A DNA stretch of 64,000 nucleotides from Takakia lepidozioides (GCA_030704615.1 CM060732.1:45322001-45386000), one strand, 5' to 3'. Shown: positions 14,950-29,100, counted from the stretch's first letter. Numbers and translations are program-made. Notes: generated by a model from the letters alone, not told the origin.

Positions 14950-15190
14950 ATCCAATAGTTGCCAGCAAGGCGTTTGCTTTATCGTTCATTCATACGTTCA
15001 TCCAGTGCACACAAATTATATTTCATATGTTCATCCAACAGCTGCCAGCAAGGCGTTTGTTTATCATTCGTTCAGATAATTCAGTTGTTCTGTTTCACTA
15101 ACCTTTCATACGTTCATCCAATAGCTGCCAGCAAGGCGTTTGTTTATCATTCGTTCAGATAATTCAGTTGTTTTGTTTCACTAACCTTAA
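14950..15190. repeat. Short tandem repeat, ~82-85 bp unit, about 3 copies
   Basis: ccaa(t/c)ag(t/c)tgccagcaaggcgtttg recurs at ~14952, ~15035 and ~15118. Confidence 0.8.
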
Positions 15191-15499
15191 CCAGCACACG
15201 ATTAGTTTACTATTAATGTGCTGGGTCAGTGAAAAAATAGTTTTACTTCTTATTATCCACATATATATTGCTATATATAGTTTATATATTGTGATTACAC
15301 ATGCCATTGCTTAACTGGTTGTCTCAATCAGCTCATTTTAGGTAGTCAAAATCTCTCACTACAGTCAAAATTTTTGCGGTTGTCTATCACCTCGAATATT
15401 TTAATATAAATTTTGACTGCAAAATGGTTGGAACAGTCGAAAGTGACAACAGTCAACGCCAGCATCAAACTAAATCGTCGAAATTACAGAGGGTATGTT

Positions 15500-18400
15500 G
15501 TAGTGATTGGTGGATGTGCCCAGCATGGTCATGGTATTGAGGCCCTGCATCTCTTTGAACGCATGCAATAGTAGCCATGCGGCCAAACAGTATCACTTTT
15601 ATATCTCTTCTCTCTGTGTGTATTCATGTGGGCCTAGTGGATGAAGGCCTTCACTACGGTTGTCTGTCTCTTGCTTAAGTGCATCAAGATGAAAGGTCTG
15701 GAAGCTGGAAAGCAGGTGCACACTCACATTATCCAAAGTGGATTCACGCCAAGGATGCGAAGGGAGTTTTCAACACTATGGCTGGACAAGATGTTGTGTC
15801 GTGGCACGCGATGCACAGCAGGGACGTGAGATGGTGGCTTTGGAGACCTATGATCAAATGATGGGGGAAGGGGTGAAGCCCAACCACATCACGTTTGTGC
15901 GCATTTGCAAGCCTCGCAGCCTTGGAAAAGGGCAAAGATGTGCATGGTTGCATCGCGAAAGCTGAAATTGTACCAGATGTCATTATGAACAATACCCTCG
16001 TGGACATGTATGCCAAATGTAGGAGGCATTTCAACAGATTCAGATACGTTTGTCTGTCTCTTGCTTAAATGCATCAAGATGAAAGGTCTGGAAGCTGGAA
16101 AACAGGTGCACACTACATTATCCAAAGTGGATTCACGCCAAGTGTTTTTCTCCTCAACACCCTTGTCAACATATCAAACCTGGGAACTCTGGAAAAGGGG
16201 AAAGAGGTCCATGGTGACATCGTCAAAGCTAGAATTGTACCAGATGTCATTCTGAACACTGCCTTGGTGGACATGTATGCCAAATGTGGGAGCATTGAAG
16301 ATGCAAAGGGAGTGTTTGACAATATGGCCGATCGAGATGCTCACCAAGTGTTCAACACAATGCCTCAACGATGGTTACTCACGTGGAATATAATGATGTC
16401 AGGATTAACCAAGCATAGGTGTGGTAGGAATGCTTTGGAGACCTATGAGCAGATGATGCAGGAAGGGGTGAAGCCCAACCACATCACATTTGTTTCCGTT
16501 TGCAATGCGTGTGCAAGCATGGCAGTCCTGGAAAAGGGCAAAGAGGTCCATGGTGACATCGTCAAAGCTGGACTTGTACCAGATGTCATTCTGAATAATA
16601 CCCTGGTGGACATGTATGCCAAATGTGGGTGCATTAAGGATGCGAAGGGAGTTTTCAACACTATGGCTGAACGAGATGTGGTGTCATGGAAGACGATGCT
16701 TGCAGGGTATGCACAACAAAGACGTGGTATGAAGGCTTTGGAGACCTATGATCAAATGATGGGGGAAGGGGTGAAGCCCGACCACATCACATTTGTGTGC
16801 ATTTGCGATGCGTGTGCAAGCCTGGCAGCTCTGGAAAAGGCGAAGAGGTCCATGGCGACATTGTCAGAGCTGCAATTGTACCAAGTGTCATTATGAACAA
16901 TACCCTCATGGACATGTATGAAGGGAGTGTTCGACAGTATGGCTGAATGAGATGTGGTGTCATGGAGTACGATAATTGCAGGATATGCACAGCAAGGGCG
17001 TGGGATGGAGGCTTTGGAGACCTCTGAGAAAATGATGTGCGAAGGGGTGAAGCCCAACCGCAAAACGTTTGTTTGCATTGGCAATGCGTGTGCAAGCCTG
17101 GCAGCTCTAGAAAGGTGCAAAGAGGTCTATGGTGACATCGTCAAATGTGTAATTGTACCCGATGTCATTCTGAACACTGCCCTGCTGGACATGTATGTCA
17201 AATGTGAGTGCATTGAGGATGCAAAGGGAGTGTTCGACAGTATGGCTGAATGAGATGTGGTGTCGTGGAGTGCGATGATTGCAGGATATGCACAGCAAGG
17301 ATGCGGGATGTAGGCTTTGGAGACCTATGAGCAATTGATGTGCGAAGGGGTGAAGCCCAACCGCAACACATTTGTTTGTGTTTGCAATGCGTGTGCAAGT
17401 CTAGGAGCTCTGGAAAATGGGAAAGAGATCCATGGTGACATCGTCAAAGCTGGATTTGTACCAGATGTCATCCTAAACACTGCCCTGGTGGACATGTATG
17501 CCAAATGTGGGTGCATGAAAGATGCGAAGGGATTTTTTAAATGGCTGAACAAGATGTGGTGTCGTGGAACGCGATGCTTGCAGGGTATGCACAGCAGGGG
17601 CGTGGGATGGAGGCTTTGGAGACCTATGAGCAAATGATGGGGGAAGGGGTGAAGCCCGACCACATCTCGTTTGTGTGCGTTTGCACTGCGTGTGCAAGCC
17701 TGGCAGCCCTGGAAAAGGGCAAAGAAGTGCATGGTTGCATCGCCAAAGCTGGAACTGTACCAGGTGTGATCCTGAACACTGCCTTGGTGGACATGTATGC
17801 CAAATGTGGGAGCATTGAGGATGCGGAGGGAGTGTTCAACAATATGGCTGAACGAGATTTGTTGTCGTGGAACGTGATGCTTGCAGGATATGCACAGCAG
17901 GACGTGGGATGGAGGACTTGGAGACCTATGAGCAAATGATGGGGGAAGGGGTGAAGCGCGACCACATCACGTTTGTGTGCGTTTGCACTGCGTGTGCAAG
18001 CCTGGCAGCCTTGGAAAAGGGCAAAGAGGTGCATGGTTGCATCACCAAAGCTGGAATTGTACCACATGTGATTCTAGACAATATCTTCGTGGACATGTAT
18101 GCCAAATGTGGGAGCATTGAGGATGCGGAGCGAGTGTTCAACAATATGGCTGAACGAGATTTGGTGTCATGGAACGCCATGCTAGCAGGATATGCACAGC
18201 AGAACATGGGATGGAGGACTTGGAGACCTATGAGCAAATGATGGCGGAAGAGGTGAAGCGCAACAACATCAAGTTTGTGTGCGTTTGCAGTGCTTGTGCA
18301 AGCCTGGCAGCCCTGGAAAAGGGCAAAGAGGTGCATGGTGACATCCTCAAAGTTGGAATTGTATCAAACGTCATTCTGGACACTGCCCTGGTGGACATGT

Positions 18401-19270
18401 ATGCGAAATGTGGGTGCATTGAGGATGCAAAGGGAGTATTTGACAATGTGACTGAACGAAATGTGGTGTCGTGGAATGCGATGATCGCAGGATATGCCCA
18501 ACATGGTTGTCATAGGGAGGTCCTGCAACTATTTGAAGGAATATAAAAGAACGAACAGTATCACTTTTATCTGTATTCTATCTGCATGCAGCCACACTGA
18601 CCTACTGAATGAAGGAAGACGCTACTTCGATTCCCTGAGTCAAGATCATGGTGTTACTCCGACAGTAAAGCACTTTGGCTGCACGATGGACCTTCTTGGA
18701 CGTGCGGGACAACTGGATGAGGCAGTGGACCTGATTAATAAAATGCCAATCAATCATAGAGGTTGTGGTGTGGAAGGCCTTGCTTGGTGCCTGCAGAATC
18801 CATGGCAATGTGGAGATGGCTAAACGTGCAGCAACATCTATCCTCAAGTGGGATGAACAGGATGTCGCGACCTATGTGTTGGTATCAAACATCTATGCTG
18901 CAGCTGGCAGGTGGTATGATACTGCAAAGGTGAGAAAAATGATGAAGGTTAGAGGGGTTAGAAATGAGCCAGGTCGCTTCGGAATTGAGGTTGGCAACAG
19001 GGTGCACACCTTCGTTGTAGATGACAAGTTGTATCCCAAAATTAAGGAAATCCATGCTGACCTGAGAGGATTGTCTGGGCAGATGAAGGAGGTGGGGCTA
19101 TATGCCTGATACGCGCTTAGTATTGCATGAGGAAAAGAAAATTTCTCTTTGCCACCACAGTGAGAAGCTGGCCATTGGTTTTGGGCTGATCAGCACGACC
19201 CCTACGATGCCTCCTCTTCCACTGAATTTACAATTGCTATCAAACATCTATGCTGCAGCTGGCAGGTGGG
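15500..19270 (+). pseudogene. Long PLS-class PPR array ending in E/E+ and a truncated DYW domain (organellar RNA-editing factor pseudogene)
   Basis: About 8 highly similar ~300-bp triplet repeats (VSWNAMLAGYAQQG..GVKPDHITF..LEKGKEVHG..LVDMYAKCG), then [49 protein letters not shown] and [12 protein letters not shown]. Many frameshifts and TGA/TAG stops. No CxDC or DYW end. Confidence 0.92.
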
Positions 19271-20847
19271 ATCCATCTGAGCAGCAGAATGTTCTCTCTG
19301 CATTTTACTAGCGCCTAACAACAAGCTGTATATCCCATTACATTTCACATGAGCTTGTTCTTCTTTGTACACCAATTTGACACATAGAATAGTTTATATA
19401 ACTACCTGTTATGTGCTACCTCTCTTTCTCAAAAAGATGCAGAGAGGAAAGGGAGATTGTCAATGCCGAATGTGAGGATGGCCTGAAGACAATATCCATT
19501 TTCTGCTACAATGTCCGGGGGTATTCTCATAAGGCTGAGCCTGAAGCACTGACCTCTTGTTTCCAGTCTGTGACATAGGAGAGGCCATCATGGATAACCT
19601 CAAGGGTTTACCCACCCTCGGCACTAGACTGAAATCTAAACTCGGGGCAGGAAGCCTACCTTTGAACAACAAACAGATGCAGTGAGGAAAGAGGGATTGC
19701 AATTACCCGTTGTGTGGGCAACTTGAAGACACAGGGATAGCATTGTGGCCGTGCCCCCAGTCTGGGCGGAATAAGAGCAAACCTTTGTGAGGGGCTCACT
19801 CCAGTAGCAATATCCATCAACATGACTTGAATATTCATCAATGTGAGTAATATGAGCACACTTAAACCGGAAGTTGGGGGCTTAGGAAATAAGGTCTGCG
19901 TCACTGATAATGCTGCCTTGTCTGTACTTCCTAGTTCTTACGGATCAAAGTCCTTCAGAGCAGTCTAATCTAGGAAGATAGTAACAGAAACTGGATAAAG
20001 AACCTGTATGGTAGTTTAGAGCAACTCTTACTTTGTGTAATTATGAAAAGAACATTATGAAGGCTAGCCTTGAGATCCTAGTAACGAATGAAGAAAGAAA
20101 GTAGGTGGGTCTCTTTTGGACATGTTCATGAAAGCTCATAGAACAAACTACCTTCGAAGAGAAATATCCATATCCACATTGGTATTTTTTATCAAGACAG
20201 ATTTTGTTCAAAACAATAGTATTTGTCACTGAGTTTATGTAGACAACTATTTTTTCTTAAGAATGTATCTTTGAATATACGGTCGTTATCTATTATATCA
20301 AAATGCTAATGTCCACCGTAAACAATAAAAACTTGGGCATGTGTATAACTTCAAATAATATGAAAAAACAAAATGTTAATGCGGAGAGGCAGACAAAATA
20401 AACGATGTACTCCGGAACAAACATGCATTAAATAAAAGACCACCAAGATTTTTCATGAAATCGTGGCATTAAATAAAAGTCCAAACTATTTGAAATCTAC
20501 ACCAATTGCAAATAAAGATGAAAAAAGATATCATCTGCTTGTTGTATCAAAATGAGCCACAATCATTACACCGGTCAAATGAATCTTGAAATGAAATAGA
20601 GAGAAAAAAATACAAAAAAGGGAAAAATACAGAAAAATATAGAAATACAGAAAAGGGGTTCCACTCCCCCACACTTCATGGGCATAGATAGAGGTAGCTG
20701 CATCAAACAATGAAATACAGAGATGTGACATACAGAGATGTAGGACCATGGGATGACCCCCCCCCTTTTTGTACCAATTGAACGTAGTTCTCAGAATTTG
20801 TCACTAGTAGTGCGGAGCAACGCGAAGCCCTAATGACAATAAGACAA

Positions 20848-21025
20848 CCAAGTTGTAGCCCAGTGGTAAATGGGCACATACCACCTCGGAAGTGGTTGTG
20901 GGTTCAATCCACCGAATGGTGTCACCAAGGTGTCCACCTTCTTGCTGGAAGGCAGTAGCCCTTCGGGGTCAAGAGATACCATAAGTTACGCTTCCTTCGG
21001 GAGGCATCATACTTTACTTTATTTT
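20848..21025 (+). mobile_element. Possible tRNA-derived SINE
   Basis: Pol III A-box-like TAGCCCAGTGG (~20856) and B-box-like GGTTCAATCC (20901-20910), then an unrelated body and T-rich tail. No full cloverleaf. Confidence 0.4.
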
Positions 21026-21087
21026 AATGACAGTAACATACTCAAGTGTCTCTGGAACAAATGACTTTGGAGACAAATCCCTAAAGT

Positions 21088-21480
21088 GTTATAGACATAG
21101 CCCAGAAGCATATAGCAGAATCCAGAATTTCTAGAACCTTCTAGAAACCAGAACATTTCAGAATCTTGCAGATATTCCAGAACATTCTAGAACATACTAG
21201 AACCTTTCAGAACATTCTAGGAACCTTCCCGAGTTTTCTAGAAATCCAAACACTCTAGAAGCTGGCTCCATATCAGTGATGAAGTTTTTTAGGAAAAATC
21301 CTTTAGTTGGAGAAGCTTATCAAGAAACGTCCTTCGGTTGAAGAAACTCCCTAAGAAAGTTCCTAGTAGCTAATATATATATGAGGCGAGACTAGGTACA
21401 CCTCAGTCTTGCCAAACACAAATCTTGAGGTACAATTTAGACTTTACGTCTGGCCTTGGTCATGTACTATCTTATTTAAT
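21088..21480. repeat. Degenerate AGAACATTCT tandem tract, possibly part of an LTR remnant
   Basis: Repeated agaac(a/c)tt(t)c(t/a) units at 21110-21260 after TGTTA. No partner LTR found. Confidence 0.35.
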
Positions 21481-22216
21481 ATAAAATTCATCTTTGATTC
21501 TTGTTCATGTATCATGTCTTGCTCGGACCACGTCGGTCTCATTGCAGCCCAGTCTAGTCTTTATGTTCGTCGTATTCGAGTCGGTTAGTTCTTTGTCATT
21601 CACACTTAGTCGACCATGTTATATTTTTCTGAAGGGCCTGCTTAGCACCCTTAAGGCTAACCTCCTTCATGCCTTCACCAACCTTGGCCTCATTTGTTGC
21701 ATACTGGCCAGCTTTGCTCATCGCATATCTAAAACAAGTGCCCGGATATGATTGTTACAGCTTCAGTGCAGGTTCACAACTCACAACAGATGTGAGTGCA
21801 GCTGTGAGGGTACCAAGATTGGTCCCTCATCCTTGACATCTGCCAGAATTTTGTTGGTCAAGCCATGCTCAGCTATGAGAGCCTTCACTTGTTCAGTTAG
21901 AGCAGCTCGACTGCATATATCAAGGGCCTCAAGAATGCCAACAGTAACATGGCAAGGGTGCCACACTTCATTGATAAAATTTATTACTACGCAAAGGTAT
22001 CATGGTCTAATATTCTATTTAATATCCAAAGGTCGAATGAGACTGTCACTATTGTACATTGAGCTATCAAAAACAACACATACCTCTCCATTGTTTCTGT
22101 AAGAAGGGCTATATACCTTACGCACAAGTTGTTGAAGCTTGGGCCTTGCCAATTCCACATTTAAACCCATGTGGGGACACACCACAACTCCACGGAGCCT
22201 CATTACTAGACGCCGA

Positions 22217-23575
22217 GTGCATACCCTGCAAGCATTGCGTGCCACGACACCACATCTTGTTCAGTCATATTGTTGAAAACTCCCTTCGCAGCCTTGGCGT
22301 GAATCCACTTTGGATAATGTGAGTGTGCACCTGCTTTCCAGCTTCCAGACCTTTCATCTTGATGCACTTAAGCAAGAGATAGACAACTGTATCTGAATAT
22401 GCTGAAATGCCTCCCACATTTGGCATACATGTACATATCGCATACATGTCAATCAGGGCAGTGTCCAGAATACAAATGCACACAAATGTGATGTGGTTGG
22501 GCTTCACCCCTTCCCCCATCATTTGATCATACGTTTCCAAGGCCCATCCCGCGCCCCTACTATGCATACCCTGCAAGCATCGCGTGCCACGACACCACAT
22601 CTCGTTCAGCCATATTGTTGAAAACTCCCACCGCATCCTTGGCGTGAATCCACTTTAGATAATATGAGTGTGCACCTGCTTTCCAGCTTCCAGCTTCACT
22701 TAAGCAAGAGACAGACAACCGTATCTGAATCTGCTGAAATGCCTCCCACATTTGGCATACATGTGCATTTCGCATACATGTCCAGCAGGGCAGTGTCCAT
22801 AATGACTTGTGGTACAATTCCAGCTTTGACGATGTCATCATGGACCTCTTTGCCCTTTTCCAGGGCTGCCAGGCTTGCACACGCATTACAAACGCATACA
22901 AACGTGATGTGGTGGCACTTCACCACTTCCACCATCATTTGCTCATAGGTCTCCAAGGCCTCCATCCCGCGCCCCTGCTGTACAGATCCTGCAAGCATCG
23001 CGTTCCACGACACCACATCTCGTTCAGCCATATTGTTGAACATTCCTACCGTATCCTCAATGCTCCCACATTTGGCATATATGTCCATGAGGGTATTGTT
23101 CAGAATCACATCTGGTACAATTCCAGATTTGGTGATGCAACCATGCACCTCTTTGCCCTTTTCCAGGGCTGCCAAACTTGCACACACACTGCAAACGCAC
23201 ACAAACGTGATGTGGTCGTGATGTGATCGGGCTTCACCCCTTCCACCATCATTTGCTCATAGGTCTCCAAAGCCTCCATCCCGCGCCCCTGATATGCATA
23301 CCCTGCAAGCATCGCGTTCCACGACACCACATCTCGTTCAGCCATAGTGCTGAACACTCCTTTCGCATCCTCAATGCTCCTACATTTGGCATACATGTCT
23401 ACCAGAGCAGTGTTCAGTGTTCCCTGGTCCTTCAGTTCATGCGTCCTTGCTGTGCATATCCTGCAATCATCGCACTCCACGACACCATATCTCGTTCAGC
23501 CAATACGCCCTCCATACATGTCGGCGAGGGTATTGTTCAGAATGACATTTGGTACAATTGCAGCTATGATAATGT
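22217..23575 (-). pseudogene. Inverted duplicate block of PLS-PPR repeats
   Basis: Same repeat units as 15.6-18.5 kb on the opposite strand, including the shared chimeric junction (YAKC..GGIS.DSDT.VCLLLKCIKMKGLEAGKQVH). Multiple frameshifts. Confidence 0.88.
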
Positions 23576-24539
23576 CGTCGTCCGGCCCTCTTGGATGAAT
23601 CTGTCCACCCACACACTATCCCTACTCCTTCAGGTATCCATGCCTCTCGACAAATCATACATACATCCTTGTCTTGCTGCTATCAGCTGCAAAGTCACTC
23701 CAAACTATCAAAGGTTCACTCAACCAGCTAACTTGCAGAATTCAACATGAAAATTTAGGGCCGATTGTGATAAGATGGAAAAACAGGGTGAAATGTGTTG
23801 AAGTGAATTTATCAATTGTACCGCTGCTGCTGCGGCTTTCAGTTGACCATCTACTCATGCAGGTTTCTTGTAGCTATCCTTCCACAGGGAATCATAAGTG
23901 ATCTGGAGCTTGAATTCCGCCCTCTTCGATGAATCTGGACCCACATCTCAGGGTCGAATCTGATGAGAGGGCAAAACAGGCTGAAATAGGCCGAAGAAGA
24001 AGGTGCTCTCACCACATTGTCCTTGACTTTGTTTCATGACCCATGGAGACCTGCTAGCAGCGGACACTGACCAACCCAATTCTGAATTGCATCTGCTTCT
24101 CTCTGTAGTCCAACAGGTATTCACCTTTTTGTCTCCATCGTCCCACCATTGACTAGGGTCAGAAAAGTGTTCATTCCAAAGCTTCTCCTCATCTTTGTTA
24201 TCTGTTTTCGGATATTTTCAATGCTGCCACAACGGCAATAACTTGTAAGGGCCGAGTCTGATGAGAGGGCAAAACAGGCTGAAATAGGTCGAAGAAGAAG
24301 GTGCCCTCACCACATTGTCCTTTGACCTTGTGTCACGAGTCATGACCCATGGAGGATCTGGCCGACCATCAACCCAAAATGACATGTGTGTGTGTTGTTT
24401 GTGTGTGTAGTCAGGTAATGTCGGATTGGTATGTGAGAACCACCACGATGTAGCATAATCTGTGAACGTCTCCATCTGCAAATCGCGATCAGCCTGTGAA
24501 ACCCCTCCTGCGGTTCAAGCAGATCAAGAAACGGGCAAT

Positions 24540-24830
24540 TTAGGCAGTTTCGAAAAACTTGGCGCAACGAATTCTATTGGTATTTTTTGAGCGGGCAGAC
24601 CGGGCAGATTTAAAAAAAAATTGGCGACGAAACGTGGCGACGATGATGTGGTAACGATGACATGGCGATGATGGCGTGACACTATGGCACCTATTCCTGC
24701 TCTACGCTAAACTAGCTTCCGACCTTCGGTCGTCGCTAGAAATATAGACTTGCAGGTAAGAGGGGAGTAGGGGAGGTGGGGATTTGAGAGCGCGCCCGCC
24801 GGAAGGTCGCCGGTACCGTACCGGCAAGGG
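24540..24830 (-). repeat. Dispersed repeat, copy 2
   Basis: Matches 8924-9190 (inverted) and 40680-40930 (direct). Confidence 0.85.
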
Positions 24831-26084
24831 TCCAACGCCTCCTTGGGTAAGCGTACCATAGTACCTTGGCAAGATCGACAATCATCTGTCGAACATTTAT
24901 GTTATTTTGAGAATTTCATTTCGACATATGGAATATTCCCAAAGATGCCTTATTATCATTCACAAAGTTATTTAATTTCACAAAATCAGTTTCCAAAATC
25001 TTCAACAATCTGTGAAATATTAAAATTTCTGTCGAAATTGCCAAGGTAACTAGGGTAGTCTTCTCCTCCACAATTATGGGTTTTTGTTTGCACAGATTCA
25101 GAGAACTGAACATTCATTCTCGCTGAGTTGAGGATGAACCTTCAACTCACATCTACCACACGAAATTCAGAACTTTTTTAACGTTTTTAAGTTTTTGACC
25201 ATGCATATGTACTGGTTCTGTTTTCTTCTTACCATGCAATATCGATTGCGATCCATACATTTAACTCGCCATCCCTACCACTATCACGTCGCACGTGTGA
25301 GGGTGTGAATGCCGCCGCCTCGCCGTTAGGGTGGCCGTCTCTCGCCTACGTCGAAGAGTGCATGCAGCGGGTGTTGATGGAGCCGCCGCCAACGAGGCCC
25401 ATATAACGACCCGCTTGGCGACCGAGTTTCTCACGTCCTTCACTTCAGATCTCTTTGGCTTCAGCTAGCTCTCTCTTTCTTGCACACATGCTCCGTAATC
25501 CTCTGTACCGCATTCCAGGGTGTCTTTGTGTGTAACTTTTCTACTATATGATCGCGCTGTTCCAGATTCATGATATTAGTTCTTGTGGCATGCATATATA
25601 GATAAGGGATCATCCGTAGTCAGTTGTGGGTGTTTCTCTCTCTAGTGCTAACTCGGCTGATATGTGTTTCACAAGACGTTGTGCTTAATATGAGTAATTG
25701 AACTAGCTAGACCTCCTCAAAGTTACCGAGGTCTTAATTCTGTAGTGCACAGTTTAATAGTAGTCATCTTCAGGCATCCACCTCACACTTATCAGTTTTT
25801 CACATGATTCGGAGTCCCTTAATCTGAGTGACCTCAAATTGAGCACTGCATACACATAGGCTAATTAACTAAATACTGCAGGTTAGAAACTCGTTTCTGT
25901 GTTTCTGTGATAAATTTGCGGGGGTGTCTGAAGTCTTCTATTTTTTACTTCTGTAGGCTAGATCTCAAATTGGCATTGGTCAGATCGAGCACGGCCAGAA
26001 GGGGCCCAAAATTGTGTGGTTCATCTGTCTGTAACGTGTGGTTTTTCAGTTTGCTGCATCAGCCAAACTAGACAGTTTTTGGTC

Positions 26085-26087
<3 letters not shown>

Positions 26088-26123
<36 letters not shown>
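26088..26123. repeat. (TA)n microsatellite
   Basis: Perfect TA run of about 18 units just upstream of the large gene. Confidence 0.95.
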
Positions 26124-26127
<4 letters not shown>

Positions 26128-26172
26128 CTCCAAACCTACATAGCTGTAGGACGCTCTTGGATCGACACAATT

Positions 26173-29100
26173 ATGAAAGACAAACGGTATACTGCATATG
26201 GTCAATATTGGAACAATGACCTTGATCCATCTTTGGCCAACTCTAACTGGGAGCAGTCATCACGAGAGGACTCACTGCAAGCGAATGATCCGGTTGTCTA
26301 TTCTCCGGATGAAATTGAGTACGCTTCGGATGGCTCAGAGTGGGAACACATTTTGGAATTACATGAGGCGCCAAGTTTTCTTGACCGTCGAGATAACACA
26401 CAGGCTGCGGTCAGAACTATGAGCAGCAGTGGGATTCTGCAAGACGGACCTACCACAATTGTTCCTGTCTCGTTGCAGAAGGAAAATCTGGCTGTTACAA
26501 TTGCAGCCACCGAAGAACACGTCGTACCAGGGGATCTGGAGTTGTATTCCCGGGAATACCCTGATCATTACTACGTTCCCGAACGGCTGCCGGATGTGGT
26601 CGGGTGTCGTCCTGGCCCTACCGATGACGGGCATTTTATTGATGGACCCTTGAACAAGAAGCTTCAGATCAACAGAGCGCGGAGCAGAGCGAGTTTGTAC
26701 AATCTGATGCAAATCAGATCTGACAAGCAAGATTTAAGTTTTGTGGAGAAGGTTGTGCTCCCACAGGATGAGATATCTGCCTTCTGCAATGACCTCGTTC
26801 CTTACTCAGTAAAGCCTAGGCACGACGGTCGTGAGTTGCTGAATTTTGGAACACTTAATACCTGCTCATTGCATTTTCTCGGATTCTACGGGTGTAAGAC
26901 TTTGATGGCGGAAATGTTTGTCCGGGATTCTGTGATCGACGATGCCACAGCAGGACTGATGCAGGAAGAGAAGCTTCAGCCTGGCTTATATGCGTCTGTG
27001 CGAAATGACACTGTCTGTATTTTCTACTGGCATGAGGGACCGAAGCTGCTGGATGCCTCAAGGAAGGACATCTCGTGCAATTTCATCAGATACCTGGTTG
27101 AATTGTGCGACACTGTGCACATTTGTCTGGATTCCGTAGGTCTTGAGGCGTCACTCTCAGTACCTGCATCCACTTCCTCAAAGAAGAAGCGCACTCAGAG
27201 ATTGAAGGTATCTGTGGTCAAAGCGTCAGAGAACGACGTCAAATTGAGCAGTGGTTTTGAGATTACGCTGTCGGGGAAGCAACATCTGTCGACGCCGGTC
27301 GAGACATTTCCATACAGCTCCACCGAGCAATCTGGTGTAATAGGCTTCAAGCTTTCGGAGGGTCTTCACCGTCTAGCATTGCTTGTCGCCACTGTGCGTC
27401 CTCCCAAGAAGCAGCTCCAGAATACTCAGACGAGTCTCAAAGTGAAGGACATGCCTAATGTTATCAAAGGTTGGGAGTCCCACTATAATTTGGATGTCTC
27501 TGGGTTGAACGATAAGGAATTGCTCGTCTTCTTACAGTGTGCAGAATTAAACGGTTACCAAGAGTTTTGTAGCTTCAAGCATGGATTGGAACAACGAAAA
27601 AAAGAACAGTCCAAGAAAGTATACGAGGTTGATTCCCTGGTTAGTGTCCAACAAGAACTTGCCTTGAGCATTTTTTTAAGAGGCGCATTCGCGTTCCTTA
27701 GACTCAACTATCCCTGGGAGGAGGCCCTGCTGTCGTCAAGTACCATGGATTCTGTTGAGATTGCTTCAAGGACTAAGCCAACGGTTGAAGGCACTAACAA
27801 AAGCCCACCCAACAAACTTACAGAGGCTGCTTCAACTCTACGAGTAAGTATTTTATTAATCTTCCACATGAATGTGTATTGCATGTCACTGAAAAACTGC
27901 TTCCTCTACAATATGAGAACCGGTCTGGGGGGATCTTCATCTTTGGTCAGTCTATTGATTAATCTTATCGTATACAGCTAGTGCAGTGGCGTTAGAAAAG
28001 CTCAACTGGTTGTAGACCTGACCAGTCAACCACATGCTACTTTTTAAAGAGGACAATTAGGAAAATTGAATTGTATATAGACCGAGGGACTTGCAGACAA
28101 TGTCTATCTCACTCTGGAAATTCACACATTGTCTGTCCTCAAACAGGGATCCACACCGTCGATTGTCGGCGATTTCTCAGTCCCTGTGGACCTGTGCTTG
28201 TCAAGCTGATATCAAATATCGTACATTGTCTGTGCTCAAGCAGGGATCCACACCGTCGATTGCCGCCGATTTCGCAGTCCCTGTGGACCTGAGCCACCAC
28301 CACGCTGAAACCAGTACAGGTCTCCAGTCTGAAATTAAGATGTGGCAGCAGTCCAAACAGGCAGATTTTGACTGCCTCGAACGCGAAATATCTGAGATAT
28401 GGACAGGCAAGCAGGTCAGCCCGTTTGTCCGAGAGTTCCTATTTCCTGACTCCCAGGTCAACTTCTCTCTCAAAGGCGCTGTCAATCTATTAAAGCTGGA
28501 AAATACGGTTGATTTCATCGTTGAAGTGAATGGTGGCAATTCCAAAAACTTGGGCCCTATCATGTATGGCCAGGAAATTTTCTTGCACTTCAAAGACAGT
28601 CACGGGCAGTTTCTGGCAAGTAGGTTCTTGCCCATCCCTGGAAAGTGCGTCGCAGGTCCTGTCCTCATATCTCAGCCCCTTCGCCTCCAGGTGACTGTGA
28701 CACAGACGATTTTCAGTTCTCGAGTACAAGTGCATGAGCTCATGGGCATCAACGTTATCAAAGATCCGCTTTCAGACCCCATGCAGACTTGGATAGGCTC
28801 ATACGCCAAAGTTGTACCGTCGGGACTCCGCGAAGTGGCAGCAGTTGCAAACTTTGCCCTCAACAGATTTGGAGAGGAGCATTTTGGCTTACACGCAGGA
28901 TTGAATACTGAACAGCAAGTATCAATTATTCAGAGGATGCTTCATTTCAAATACAACAGTTTTAAATCTTTACAGCAAGTTGATCTTACTCTTCTGCAGG
29001 ACCAGTTGGCACACATTCGGGAGACGGAGTTCAATCCGAAGGATGAAAGCGCGGTATTAGATGTTCATCCAGCTGTGCGCACGACGTGCCTCCGCGTGTA

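Noticed and set aside
20800-20830. Helitron 3' end (CTAG-T on minus strand)
   Set aside because: The hairpin is weak and no 5' TC end or Rep/helicase is evident.
20848-20920. tRNA gene
   Set aside because: A- and B-box-like motifs are present but I cannot fold a convincing cloverleaf; kept only as a possible SINE.
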